A stretch of DNA of 64,000 nucleotides. Source: Occultella glacieicola (GTDB taxonomy: Bacteria; Actinomycetota; Actinomycetes; Actinomycetales; Beutenbergiaceae). Location of the stretch: NCBI RefSeq assembly GCF_004353825.1, contig NZ_SMNA01000016.1, forward strand, positions 1 to 64,000, in the 5' to 3' direction. A program made the translations under genes and the position numbers. Below, piece by piece: positions 10,441-20,308 of this stretch. The notes below the pieces were generated by a model, which saw only the letters and a program-made list of their open reading frames with translations, had not been told where the DNA came from and ran no database searches. How positions within the stretch are numbered: position 1 is the stretch's first letter; every line of letters starts with the position of its first letter.

Positions 10441-11680
10441 CACGCAATCCATCTCCGACGAAGTTCATGGCCAGCACAGTGATGAAGATCGCCAGGCCCG
10501 GAAGCAGGAGCCACGGCGCCGTCTCGATCGTTCGGATGTTCTGGGCGTCCTGGAGGAGCACACCCCAGCTGACCGCAGGTGCTTGGAGGCCGAGCCCGAG
10601 GAAGCTCAGGGAGGTCTCGGCGAGGATCATCCCGGGGACGGCCATGGTGAGTGACGCGATCACGTGGCTGGAGAACGACGGCACCATGTGGCGGAAGATG
10701 ATCCGGGGTCTGCTGCACCCATCGAGGGTCGCGGCGGTGATGAAGTCCTCGGTCCGTAGCGAGAGGAACTTCCCTCTGACCTGTCTGGCCATGCCGGTCC
10801 AGCCGATCACCGACAAGATGGCGGTGATCGCGAAGTATCGTGCGAGTGGACCCCAGGACGCGGGTATCGCCGCCGAGAGGGCGAGCCACAGCGGCAGCGT
10901 GGGGATCGCCATCAGGAACTCGATGATCCGCTGGATCAGGGTGTCCGGCTTCCCGCCGTAGTAGCCCGAGATGCCGCCGAGGGCGATGCCGAGCACCAGG
11001 CTGATCGCGACTCCGACCAGCCCGATCGACAGCGACACCCGCGACCCGTAGAGGATCCGGCTCAGCGAGTCCCGCCCGGCCCGGTCCGCACCCCAGAGGT
11101 AGAACGGTCGGTCGGGGTCCTCGGGGCCGATGAGGTGGACGTCCATCGGGAAGAGGCCCCACATCTCGTAGGGCTCGCCGCTGACGAAGAACCCGACCGG
11201 GATGTAGCTGTCGGTGTCGATCTCGAACTCGTTGGCGAACGTCTCCGGGTTCTGCGTCACGGTGAAGTCGTGGACGTAGAGGCCGAGGCCCTCGCTGGGG
11301 TGGTAGATGTGCAGCGCCTGTGGTGGCGCGTAGGCGTAGTCGGGGTCCTGGGCCGTGGCGGTCGAGGGTGCCAGGACCTCCGCGAAGGCCATGATCAGGT
11401 AGATGGCCAGGACCACCCAGAGCGCGACGAAGGCGACCTTGTGCCGACGGAAGCGTCGCCAGACCAGTCGCCACTGCGACGCGGTGCCGCCCTGAGCCAG
11501 CGCGGCCCGGGCGAGTTCGGGTGTCGGGCCGGACTCGTCGTCGCCCCCGGGAGACGGGAGGGGAATCTCCATCCCCTCCTGGCTCATGGTGGCGCCCTCG
11601 AGCTCCAGCTCCGACGCGTCCCAGACGTCCGTGGACGTGCCCGAGGCGCCGGTGTCCCGACGTTCTGTCCTCTCCGTCAT
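10418..11680 (-). CDS. ABC transporter permease (OppC-like)
   Basis: [23 protein letters not shown] motifs and TM helices. Confidence 0.9.
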   Translation of the reverse strand: MTERTERRDTGASGTSTDVWDASELELEGATMSQEGMEIPLPSPGGDDESGPTPELARAALAQGGTASQWRLVWRRFRRHKVAFVALWVVLAIYLIMAFAEVLAPSTATAQDPDYAYAPPQALHIYHPSEGLGLYVHDFTVTQNPETFANEFEIDTDSYIPVGFFVSGEPYEMWGLFPMDVHLIGPEDPDRPFYLWGADRAGRDSLSRILYGSRVSLSIGLVGVAISLVLGIALGGISGYYGGKPDTLIQRIIEFLMAIPTLPLWLALSAAIPASWGPLARYFAITAILSVIGWTGMARQVRGKFLSLRTEDFITAATLDGCSRPRIIFRHMVPSFSSHVIASLTMAVPGMILAETSLSFLGLGLQAPAVSWGVLLQDAQNIRTIETAPWLLLPGLAIFITVLAMNFVGDGLRDAADPYK

Positions 11681-11682
11681 GT

Positions 11683-12681
11683 TCAGCTCTCCTGGTAGCG
11701 GCGTCGGATTCGGGGGTCCCACCAGGCGAGCGCGAGGTCGCTCAGGAGGGTTCCCACCACGGTCAGGGCACTGAGGATCAGGATGAAGCTGCCGACCAGG
11801 TACATGTCCTGGCTGAGTACGCCGCCGAACAGCAGCGGTCCTGTGGTGGGGAGGCTGAGGACGATCGAGATGATCGTCTCGCCGCTGATGAGTCCGGGAA
11901 GGAGCCAGCCGACCGTGCTGAAGAAGGGGCTCAGCGACATCCGGACCGGGTACTTGACCAGGAGCTTCCACTCGGAGAGGCCCTTGGCGCGGGCCGTGAT
12001 GACGTACGGCTTGTAGAGCTCGTCGAGGAGGTTCGCGCGGGTGACCCGGATCAGGCCCGCGGTGCCGGAGATGCCGATGATCAGGATCGGAAGCCAGAGG
12101 TGGGAGGCGAGGTCGAGGACCTTGCCGAGATTCCACGCGGCATCGACATACTCCGGCGAGAACAGACCACCGGCGCTCTGGTCGAAGTATCTGACGCCGA
12201 GCCAGAGGAAGACGAGTGCCAGGAGGAACTCCGGGATCGCCATGCCGACGAAGCCGAAGAACGTCGCGATGTAGTCGCCGGGGGAGTACTGCTTGACGGC
12301 GGAGTAGATGCCCACCGGGAAGGCGACGGCCCAGACGAACAACAGGGTGCTGACCGAAAGGAAGAACGACAGCGCCACGCGATCCCAGATCAACGTCGAG
12401 ACCGGCCGGTTGTACGCGAACGACTGGCCGAAGTCGCCGTGGAAGACGATGTTGCTGATCCAGTTCCAGTACTGCACGAGGAACGGGTCGTCGAGGCCGT
12501 AGCGAACCCGCAGAGCGGCCATCTGCTCGGGGGTGATGACCTGGCCGCGGGACTCCGCCTGCGCCACCAGCGTGGACACGTAGTCGCCGGGCGGCAGTTG
12601 AATGATCCAGAAGGTCACGAACGAGATCGCGACCAGCGTGATCACCATCAGGCCGATGCGCCTGAGTGTGTACTTACCCAT
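11683..12681 (-). CDS. ABC transporter permease (OppB-like)
   Basis: PPGD, YGLDDP, GDFGQS, ARAKGL, DPRIR motifs. Confidence 0.92.
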   Translation of the reverse strand: MGKYTLRRIGLMVITLVAISFVTFWIIQLPPGDYVSTLVAQAESRGQVITPEQMAALRVRYGLDDPFLVQYWNWISNIVFHGDFGQSFAYNRPVSTLIWDRVALSFFLSVSTLLFVWAVAFPVGIYSAVKQYSPGDYIATFFGFVGMAIPEFLLALVFLWLGVRYFDQSAGGLFSPEYVDAAWNLGKVLDLASHLWLPILIIGISGTAGLIRVTRANLLDELYKPYVITARAKGLSEWKLLVKYPVRMSLSPFFSTVGWLLPGLISGETIISIVLSLPTTGPLLFGGVLSQDMYLVGSFILILSALTVVGTLLSDLALAWWDPRIRRRYQES

Positions 12682-13028
12682 ACCGAGCTCCCCTTCAGTC
12701 CGTCTGGTCGCCGTCGGAGCGGGCTCGTCCGGCCGTGACGGTGGGTCCGGCCCCGCTGGGGGCGGGTCGTGGCGGTCGAGGCGATCCCGTCGTCGGGAGG
12801 GTCGGTGGTCGCGTGTCGTTGCGGCCGGACGGACAGCGCTTCATCGGGCTCCTTGCATATCTACCCACACGCTCGTGAACATGCGGCTTCGGTGATGCTA
12901 ACCGGTCATCGGGGCGATGCGCAACGCCTGGAGGCGACAAAATCGTCAAACGGCATGTTGATGGCATCCGCCAGGAGACTCGTGTTCCGCGCGAAATGCT
13001 CGTCGCCACGGCCGCGTCGATGACCAGC

Positions 13029-13038
13029 ATGGCATACC
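13029..13038. promoter_or_regulatory. Putative GntR operator (ATGGCATACC) upstream of the permease operon
   Basis: Matches the motif at 16959-16970 and 18068-18078; intergenic. Confidence 0.5.
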
Positions 13039-13127
13039 GCTGGCATGACGGTTGCGGGAACCTTGGCGGGGTCCCGCAGGCGCCCCTTCCAGCGGGTCAG
13101 CCGGTCCGGGTCCGGCGCCGGCGATCG

Positions 13128-15062
13128 TCAGGCGTCGACGGGCATCCAGATCCGCATGGCCTGCCGGTCCCGGTTCGCCCACTGGAAGTAGGGGACCGCC
13201 ACGGCGCGGACCGGCCGGGTGGACCAGGAGCGCGCACCGGAGTAGTAGGGCAGACCCTCGGTGGGTGCGTCGACGAGCTGCCGTGCGGGGACGCTCAGCG
13301 TGGTGGTGCGGCCGACGCCGGGCAGGTCGGTATGGCTGTCGGCCGTGATCGCCTGGAGGTCGGGAACGAGCTGGAGCCGTTCGACGTCGACGTCGCTGTC
13401 CTGGTCGACCTGCTCGAAGCAGTACACCAGCGGACCCCGCTCCAGGGCGAGGCAGCCGCGCAGCGCATCGATGCGCGGGTGGGGGCTGGTGAGGCGGGGG
13501 GGCATGTCGAACCCGAGCCGGATCTCGTCGCCCGGTCGCCAGACGCGACGGATCCGGAGGTAGCCGGAGTGGTTCGTCGTCTCCACCGGTGCACCGTTCA
13601 GGCGGATCTCAGGATCGGCGGTCCAGGACGGGACGCGCAGGGACAGGGTCCACTCGGCGTCCGGCGTCGCTTCCACCCGCACGCTCGTGCCGCCGTCCCA
13701 GGGCAACGTGGTGGCCACCGCCAGGTCCACGTCGCCGGCGCGCAGGCCGGCGCCCAGGACGGCGTCGGCGTACTGGTGCACGGTGATGCCGTCGGGGTCG
13801 GAGGAGCCGAGGTAGTGCTGCAGCGATGCCATCAGCCTGGTCACGTTCGGCGGGCAGCAGGCCGACCAGAACCATCCGTCCCGCCAGCGTGGGTCGCCGA
13901 TCGCCATGGCGTGGTCGGAGCGACGTTGCAGCGGATTCCCCTTGAAGAACTCGAGTCCGTCGAGCGAGACGGAGGCGGCGAACACGTTGTAGAGCGTGCG
14001 CTCGATCAGGTCGGCGTACCGTGCCTCGCCGGTGGCCAGCAGCAGCCGCCAGCTCCAGTGCACGCTGGCGACGGCCGCGCAGGTCTCGTTGTAGGACTGG
14101 TCCGGCGGCAGTTCGTACCCCTCCCCGAAGGCCTCCTTCAGCTGCCGTGACCCGTGGCCGCCGGTGAGCGCGGTGCGCGTGGCCACCATGTCCTCCCACC
14201 GGGCGACCGAGGCGTCCAGGAGCGAGCGGTCACCGGTCTCCAGGTAGACGTCGACGATCCCGGCCTCGAGATACATCGCACGGACGGCGTGGCCGGTCAG
14301 CACCGGCGCCTCCCGCACCCCGAACGCGTCCTGCTGGTAGAGCGGGCCGACGGCGTGCCGGCCGACCATGCCCTGCCCGCGGTCGTCGAGCAGTCGCTGC
14401 GCCAGCTCCAGGTACTCCGGTACCCCGAGGCAGCGGTACAGCTCCACGAGTGCCGTCTCCACGCCCGGGTGACCGTCCAGTTTCGGGAGCCGCTCGGTGA
14501 GGAAGACCTGGACGAGGTGGTCCGCCAGCCGGCGGGCGACCGGGACGAGGCGGTCGTCGCCGGTGCGGGCCAGCGCGGCCACCGCCTGGAACAGGTGTCC
14601 GGCGGTGTAGAGCTCGTGGCTGTTGTTGAGGTCCTGGTACCGCGCCTGCGGCCCGCGGACCTGGTAGGTGGAGTTCAGATAGCCGTCCTCGGCCTGGGCG
14701 GACGCGATCAGCCCCGATGCCGTGGTGACGAACTCCTCGAGCTCGGCGTCGTCGCCGCCGTCGACGAGTTCGTACGCGACCGTCTCGAGCATCTTGTAGA
14801 CGTCCGAGTCCATGTAGACCGGCCCCTGGTGGTCGGCGTCGAGCGCCTCACCGGCGGCCAGCCGCAGGTTGGTGAAGTTGCCGGCCTCGTCGAGCTTGCC
14901 GATGCCGAGCGGGATGCTGGCCGAGCGGTTGACCTGCTGCCAGTGCCGCCACAGCCCGCCGGTGAGGGCGGCGCTGCGGACCGGCCGCTGCACGGCCACC
15001 GCCTGCGGCGTCGGGACGATCGGTCCGCGGGCGGACGTCGTGGTGTTGATGGTCGTCATCAT
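13128..15062 (-). CDS. GH127 glycoside hydrolase (beta-L-arabinofuranosidase/aceric acid hydrolase family)
   Basis: DSDVYK, HELY, GHAVRAMYL, ETCA, CCPPN motifs. Confidence 0.92.
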   Translation of the reverse strand: MMTTINTTTSARGPIVPTPQAVAVQRPVRSAALTGGLWRHWQQVNRSASIPLGIGKLDEAGNFTNLRLAAGEALDADHQGPVYMDSDVYKMLETVAYELVDGGDDAELEEFVTTASGLIASAQAEDGYLNSTYQVRGPQARYQDLNNSHELYTAGHLFQAVAALARTGDDRLVPVARRLADHLVQVFLTERLPKLDGHPGVETALVELYRCLGVPEYLELAQRLLDDRGQGMVGRHAVGPLYQQDAFGVREAPVLTGHAVRAMYLEAGIVDVYLETGDRSLLDASVARWEDMVATRTALTGGHGSRQLKEAFGEGYELPPDQSYNETCAAVASVHWSWRLLLATGEARYADLIERTLYNVFAASVSLDGLEFFKGNPLQRRSDHAMAIGDPRWRDGWFWSACCPPNVTRLMASLQHYLGSSDPDGITVHQYADAVLGAGLRAGDVDLAVATTLPWDGGTSVRVEATPDAEWTLSLRVPSWTADPEIRLNGAPVETTNHSGYLRIRRVWRPGDEIRLGFDMPPRLTSPHPRIDALRGCLALERGPLVYCFEQVDQDSDVDVERLQLVPDLQAITADSHTDLPGVGRTTTLSVPARQLVDAPTEGLPYYSGARSWSTRPVRAVAVPYFQWANRDRQAMRIWMPVDA

Positions 15063-15080
15063 GGCTCCTCGGGGTGGGGA

Positions 15081-16163
15081 TCAGGATCGGCGGTCCAACT
15101 CGTGGGCGAGCATGGCGACCGCGTAGTCCGAGACCTTGTGCTCGCCGTGGGTGGGGTCGTCGATGACCTCCCAGTCCCCGCCCAGGGCGCCGGCGCGGTC
15201 GCGTACGGGCTGGGCGTAGCTGCGGTGACCGACCCCGGGGAAGCAGGACGGGTCGAACCGGTTCAGGATCTGCAGCTGACGTCGACCGGCGCCGGCCGCG
15301 CCGAGGAGGTAGAGGTCGAGATAGCCGGCGATGTCGTACAGGCCGGGAAGGCTCTCCCGTCGCTGCTCCCAGTCGCCGAAGTTCGGGTGTTCGGCCGGAT
15401 GGGGGCGCAGATAGAACGGCCACGTCCCGGCCACCTGGATGCTCAGCGTGACCCGGGGATCGATGGCCGCGTGCAGCACCGTGGTCCACGCGCCGCCCGA
15501 GAAACCGAAGGTCACGACGTCGGTCAGCGGCGCCGCCCGCGCGACGTGGTTGAGCAGCGCGAGCACGGGCTCGAGGAAGAACGTGGCGGTGCAGAAGTCC
15601 GGGCGTTCGTAGGCGCCGAACCGCTCGTGGCTGGCCGGGTCGGCCGGTGGCGGGGCGTCGGACGTGGGCAGGTCCATCACCGGTGCGTTCCACCCCTGCA
15701 GCGGCATGTCGACCGCCGCCACCCGGTAGCCGCGGTCGAGGAGCGTCTGCATCGCCGCGAGCCGCGGCCGGTGGTAGACGGGCTTGCCGGCGTTCCCGTG
15801 ACCGGCGAGGAAGAAGCCCAGCCGGCCCGGCTCGGGGCGGCGCGGGTGGACCAGATAACTGGTCGACGCCAGCCCGTGCGACATCGATGACGTGGCCCGG
15901 TCCACGCCGCCGTGGTCGAGCGGGTCCAGGTCGGCGATGGTGACGCCGGAGTTGATCGAGGGGGTGGCCGAGGGCAGGCCGGCTCCCTTCCACAGGTGGT
16001 CGATCAACCGTCGACGGCGGTCGGCCACGTCCTCGGTCGAGCGGACGGTGAGCAGTCGGTCGACATCGACCCCGACGGCCTCCGCGGGCATCGTTCGCCA
16101 GCCCGGGCCGCGGCTCGCCTCGATCGTGGCGTCCACCACCGGACGTGGCCGGGTCGCGGTCAC
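15081..16163 (-). CDS. Alpha/beta-hydrolase-fold protein, putative esterase
   Basis: GFSGG nucleophile elbow, candidate Asp (NRFD) and His (HGEH); GTG overlaps the GntR stop. Confidence 0.65.
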   Translation of the reverse strand: MTATRPRPVVDATIEASRGPGWRTMPAEAVGVDVDRLLTVRSTEDVADRRRRLIDHLWKGAGLPSATPSINSGVTIADLDPLDHGGVDRATSSMSHGLASTSYLVHPRRPEPGRLGFFLAGHGNAGKPVYHRPRLAAMQTLLDRGYRVAAVDMPLQGWNAPVMDLPTSDAPPPADPASHERFGAYERPDFCTATFFLEPVLALLNHVARAAPLTDVVTFGFSGGAWTTVLHAAIDPRVTLSIQVAGTWPFYLRPHPAEHPNFGDWEQRRESLPGLYDIAGYLDLYLLGAAGAGRRQLQILNRFDPSCFPGVGHRSYAQPVRDRAGALGGDWEVIDDPTHGEHKVSDYAVAMLAHELDRRS

Positions 16164-16882
16164 CGGGCGAAGCCACCGCCCACGGTGGGCTGCGGGCGGG
16201 ACAGGAAGACGATCGTCTGGTCACGGACCCGGAGGATGTGTGACTCGAGGGCCGCGCGGGCGCCGGGTCCGTCGCCGGCGTCGAGTGCCTCGACGATCTC
16301 GCGGTGCTCGACCACGGCGGCGTCCAGCCGGTCCCGGTTCATCGGCGCCTCCATCCCGGCGCGGGTGACGTGGATGCTCAGGTGCAGGTCGTCGTGCAGG
16401 GCGAGCAGCTTCGGGAAGCCGGACATCTCCACGAGCGTGCGGTGGAAGCGGCTGTCGTTCTCGCGGAAGGCGATGTACTGCGCCGGATCCTGGAGCGCGG
16501 CTTCGGCGAGCCGGCCCGCCTCGGCCACCAGATCGTGCAGGATCTGCGGGGCGGCCGGCCCCTCCTGCTCGGTGTACCGGCGCAGGCTGTGCGACTCGAT
16601 CATCACGCGGAGCTCGAACAACTCGTACAAGGAGGAGAGTGAGGGGACGGCCACGGTGAAACCCGCGGTGGCGTCGTAGGCGAGCAGGCCGCGTTCGTGC
16701 AGCCGGCCGACCGCGCTGCGCACCGGTGTGCGGCTCATCCCGAGTTTCCGGGCGAACTCCCGGATCGGGACCGTCTGCCCCGGCTGCGGGTGCTCCTCGG
16801 TCAGCCAGGTGACCAGCGCGTCGTGCGCGCGGTTCTCCAGGGTCTTCTCGCTGACCTGCTCCGGGGGTCGCGTCCCTGCCAT
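16160..16882 (-). CDS. GntR (FadR/FCD) transcriptional regulator
   Basis: wHTH MSRTPVRSA, FCD domain DSRFH...EHREIV. Confidence 0.9.
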   Translation of the reverse strand: MAGTRPPEQVSEKTLENRAHDALVTWLTEEHPQPGQTVPIREFARKLGMSRTPVRSAVGRLHERGLLAYDATAGFTVAVPSLSSLYELFELRVMIESHSLRRYTEQEGPAAPQILHDLVAEAGRLAEAALQDPAQYIAFRENDSRFHRTLVEMSGFPKLLALHDDLHLSIHVTRAGMEAPMNRDRLDAAVVEHREIVEALDAGDGPGARAALESHILRVRDQTIVFLSRPQPTVGGGFAR

Positions 16883-16958
16883 CGACGTTGCCACGTAGAT
16901 CCTCCCATCCGCACCGCGGAGCGATGCGCTCGAGCCCGCTGCTCGTTGCGGTCCGCCC

Positions 16959-16970
16959 ATGGTATGCCAT
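16959..16970. promoter_or_regulatory. Putative GntR operator ATGGTATGCCAT in the divergent promoter
   Basis: Near-perfect palindrome between gntR and the aldolase; recurs at 13029 and 18068. Confidence 0.6.
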
Positions 16971-17067
16971 TTGCGCCGTCCGTTCGGGCTCGTTCCTGCC
17001 GCGAGGGTCCTCGATCGCGGCCGACGGCATGGTCCGGCCTTGACAACATGCAGGTCGTCCCCGAAGG

Positions 17068-18051
17068 ATGACGTACATGCCACTGGCATTCACACCTTCC
17101 GAAGAAGCGTCCCCCCACCGACTGCACGGCGTGCTCCCGCCGGTCGTGCTCCCGATGACCCCGGACGGCGAGGTCGACTCGGCCTCGTTGGAGTCACACG
17201 TCAACCACCTGGTGGTCGCCGGTGTGCACGGGCTCTGGGCGAACGGCACCACCGGCGAGTTCTACTCCCTGGACGGGGAGGGCCGCGCCGAGGTGGTGCG
17301 GCTGTGCGTCAAGGCCGCCGCGGGACGGGTGCCGGTGGTGGCACACGTGGGTGACACCTCCACGAGTCTCGCGGTGCGGCATGCCCGCGAGGCGCTCGCC
17401 GCCGGGGCCGCGTTGGTCTCGGTCCTGCCGCCCTATTTCGTGGGATTCGGTCAGGACGAGCTGAAGGCCCACTATCGGGCCCTGGCGCACGCGATCGACG
17501 GCCCGGTCGTGGCCTACCACCTGCCCCAGTTCATCCCGGCCACCCTCTCGATCGGCTCGATCGTCGAGCTCGTCGCCGAGGGGGTGCTGTGCGGTGCGAA
17601 GGACAGCAGTTCGGACATGGTGTGGCTGCGTCGGCTGCAGCGCCGTCTGCGGGAGGCCGGCACCCCGCTTCCCTGCCTCACCGGTGGGTCCTCCGTCGCC
17701 GATCTCGGCTACCTGCTCGGCGCCGTCGGTTCGGTCGCCTCGACCGGCAACCTCACCCCACGCCACCTGGTGCGCCAGTACGCGGCGGCGCGAGCCGGCG
17801 ACTGGGACCTGGTCCTGGCCCTCCAGGACCAGAGCGAGGAACTGATCGAACTGCTGGCTCCCCCGGGGACCGTCGCGGCACCGGGACTGACCACGACCGT
17901 GTACAAGTACCTGCTCAGCGCCCTCGGCCGGATCGAGTCCGAGCACAGCGCGGCACCCCAGTCCCAACTGACGGCTCAGGATCGCCGGCACCTGGACGAA
18001 CGCGTGCTGCCAGTCATCGACCGCCTGGAGGGTCCCGGCGACCGCGCCTGA
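17068..18051 (+). CDS. Dihydrodipicolinate synthase/N-acetylneuraminate lyase family aldolase or dehydratase
   Basis: NGTTGEF, YHLP, AKDSS (Schiff-base Lys). Confidence 0.88.
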   Translation: MTYMPLAFTPSEEASPHRLHGVLPPVVLPMTPDGEVDSASLESHVNHLVVAGVHGLWANGTTGEFYSLDGEGRAEVVRLCVKAAAGRVPVVAHVGDTSTSLAVRHAREALAAGAALVSVLPPYFVGFGQDELKAHYRALAHAIDGPVVAYHLPQFIPATLSIGSIVELVAEGVLCGAKDSSSDMVWLRRLQRRLREAGTPLPCLTGGSSVADLGYLLGAVGSVASTGNLTPRHLVRQYAAARAGDWDLVLALQDQSEELIELLAPPGTVAAPGLTTTVYKYLLSALGRIESEHSAAPQSQLTAQDRRHLDERVLPVIDRLEGPGDRA

Positions 18052-18067
18052 ACCGGCTCCAGTCAAC

Positions 18068-18078
18068 TGGCATACCAT
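18068..18078. promoter_or_regulatory. Putative GntR operator TGGCATACCAT upstream of the solute-binding protein gene
   Basis: Reverse complement of the 16959 site; 20 bp before the start. Confidence 0.55.
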
Positions 18079-18098
18079 CCCCGATGAAGAGGAGAACA

Positions 18099-20117
18099 AT
18101 GATGTTGCCAAGCACCACACCGCAATCCCCCGCCCGGGACCGCCTCTGGTCGTCGGTGGTCAGTCGCCGTTCGGTCCTCCTGACCGGCGGTGGTCTGGCG
18201 GCCACCACCGCGCTGGCCGGCTGTTCCTTCTTCGACACCGACCCCGCCCAGAGTGGCGGCAACGGTGCGAGTGGCCCCAAGGGCAAGGAGGCGCCCTCGC
18301 TGGCGGCCCAGGTCGAGGCCGGAGAACTCCCACCGGTCGAGGAGCGGCTGCCGAGCACGCCCCTGGTGGTCGAGCCGCTGAACCAGGTCGGTCAGTACGG
18401 CGGGACCTGGCGCTCGGCGATGATCACCGAGGAGGACCGGACCTGGCTGGAACAGTCCATCGGGTACGAGCCGCTCGTGCGATGGATCCCGGGATGGACC
18501 GACCAGCCGGGGACCAGCGAGATCATCGCGAACCTGTGCGAGAGCTACGAGGAGCTCGACGAGGGTCGGGTCTTCCAGTTCACGCTGCGCGAGGGGATGC
18601 GGTGGTCGGACGGTGAGCCGCTCACCGACGAGGACTTCAGGTTCGCCTACGAGGACGTGAACGTCTACCCGGCCCTGCACCCCGGTGGCCTCTACTCGCT
18701 CTGGACGAACGTGAACGACCCCGAGAAGCCCGGCACGTTCGAGAGCGACGGCACCGTGATCCGGTACGTCTTCGACGACCCCAAGCCGGGATTCCTCGAG
18801 GAACTGGCCTCCGGCACCATGATGGTGCTGCCCCGGCACTACTTCGAGCAGTTCCACGAGAAGTACAACGAGGAGATCGCCGACCTGGTCGCCGAGGCGA
18901 GCCTGGACGACTGGGTGCAGCTGTGGGAGTCCAGGCTCGAGCCGTTCTCGAACGTGGACGCGCCGAGCCTGCACCCGTGGCGGCTGACCGCGGCGCTGGG
19001 CGACGGCAGCTACGTCACGGCCGAACGCAACCCGTACTACTGGAAGGTCGACCCGGACGGCAGCCAGCTGCCCTACATCGACGAGATCCGCTGCGAGATC
19101 CTGCAGGACATCGAGGTCGAGCTGCTGAAGATCACCAATGGTGAGCTGGACATGCAGATGCGCAACTTCGACACGATCCGGAACCTCCCGGTGGTCTCGG
19201 AGAACCAGGAGAGTGGCGACTACCGGATGTTCAGTGTCTCGCCGCAGGGCCCGAACGCGATGGTCATGGGCTTCAACCAGACCCTCGAGGACGAGCGGAA
19301 GCGGAAGATCTACTCGAACAAGGACTTCCGGGTCGGTCTCTCCCACGCGATCAACCGGCAGCGGATCATCGACACCATCTACGCCGGCCAGACGATGCCC
19401 TGGCAGTGCGCTCCGGTCGAGGGGCATCCCGCCTACGACGAGGAGTTCGGCACCCAGTTCACCGAGTACTCGGTGGACCTGGCGAACGAGGCCCTCGACC
19501 GGGCCGGCTACACCGAGCGGGACGGCAGCGGCATCCGGCTCGCCGAGGGGGCGCCGATCAGCATGACCGTGCTGGTGCCCTCGTCGATGCCCGACCATCT
19601 GGACGCCTTCGAGCTGATCAAGCAGGACTGGGAGGCGGTCGGCGTGGAGGCCAACGTCACCCCGTTGGCCGAGACGCTCTATTGGGAGCGCGTGGAAGCG
19701 AACCAGGCCGAGGTGTCCACGTGGACCGCCGGCGGGTTCGAGATCCGCGCGACCCAGGGGTCGAACCACTACTTCGTGCCCTCGAACCCGCGGGGCTCGT
19801 CCCGCTACGGCCACACCTGGGCGCTCTGGTACCGGGGGGAGTCCGACGTCGAGCCACCCGCGGTGATCCAGGAGCAACTCGCTCTGTTCGACGAGATGCG
19901 GAGCACGTACGACGCGGACGACGCGGTCGAGCTGGCCCGGCAGGTCCTGGAGATCGCGAAGGACCAGTTCTTCTACATCGGAATCTGCACCCAGCCGGAC
20001 GGCTACGGGATCGTGCGGAACAACCTGGAGACCAACGTGCCGGACGAGATCCCGGGTGACGTCGGATTCCAGCCGCCTGGCCCGACCAACCCGGAGCAGT
20101 ACTTCTTCACGGCCTGA
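18099..20117 (+). CDS. Family-5 ABC solute-binding lipoprotein (carbohydrate-type), Tat signal
   Basis: SRRSVL Tat motif, LAGC lipobox, LPPVEERLP, YGGTWR, RNPYYWKVD, QLPYID; GAGGAG RBS. Confidence 0.92.
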   Translation: MMLPSTTPQSPARDRLWSSVVSRRSVLLTGGGLAATTALAGCSFFDTDPAQSGGNGASGPKGKEAPSLAAQVEAGELPPVEERLPSTPLVVEPLNQVGQYGGTWRSAMITEEDRTWLEQSIGYEPLVRWIPGWTDQPGTSEIIANLCESYEELDEGRVFQFTLREGMRWSDGEPLTDEDFRFAYEDVNVYPALHPGGLYSLWTNVNDPEKPGTFESDGTVIRYVFDDPKPGFLEELASGTMMVLPRHYFEQFHEKYNEEIADLVAEASLDDWVQLWESRLEPFSNVDAPSLHPWRLTAALGDGSYVTAERNPYYWKVDPDGSQLPYIDEIRCEILQDIEVELLKITNGELDMQMRNFDTIRNLPVVSENQESGDYRMFSVSPQGPNAMVMGFNQTLEDERKRKIYSNKDFRVGLSHAINRQRIIDTIYAGQTMPWQCAPVEGHPAYDEEFGTQFTEYSVDLANEALDRAGYTERDGSGIRLAEGAPISMTVLVPSSMPDHLDAFELIKQDWEAVGVEANVTPLAETLYWERVEANQAEVSTWTAGGFEIRATQGSNHYFVPSNPRGSSRYGHTWALWYRGESDVEPPAVIQEQLALFDEMRSTYDADDAVELARQVLEIAKDQFFYIGICTQPDGYGIVRNNLETNVPDEIPGDVGFQPPGPTNPEQYFFTA

Positions 20118-20216
20118 GCGGTCCGGCTCACGGAGCCGGAACTGCCCGGTCATGCCCGACGGCGTCACGCGGCTCGATCCGCGCGGCGCCGTCGGCGTCG
20201 GTACCGGTGGGCGCCC

Positions 20217-20257
20217 GGCCGCGGGCGGTCGGCCGAACGGTCCGGCCGCCCGCGGCC
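20217..20257. terminator. GC-rich hairpin between convergent genes
   Basis: GGCCGCGGGCGGTCGG (20217-20232) pairs with CCGGCCGCCCGCGGCC (20242-20257). A second hairpin lies at 20122-20140. Confidence 0.55.
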
Positions 20258-20268
20258 CGGCGAGGGTC

Positions 20269-20303
20269 GGCATGTGCCGGCATGTGCCGGCATGTGCCGG
20301 CAT
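20269..20303. repeat. Tandem 10-bp repeat (GGCATGTGCC)x3.5
   Basis: Read directly from the sequence, just downstream of the pdxA2 stop. Confidence 0.8.
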
Positions 20304-20308
20304 GGCGG

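Noticed and set aside
20269..20303. CRISPR-like array
   Set aside because: 10-bp contiguous units with no spacers, and no cas genes.
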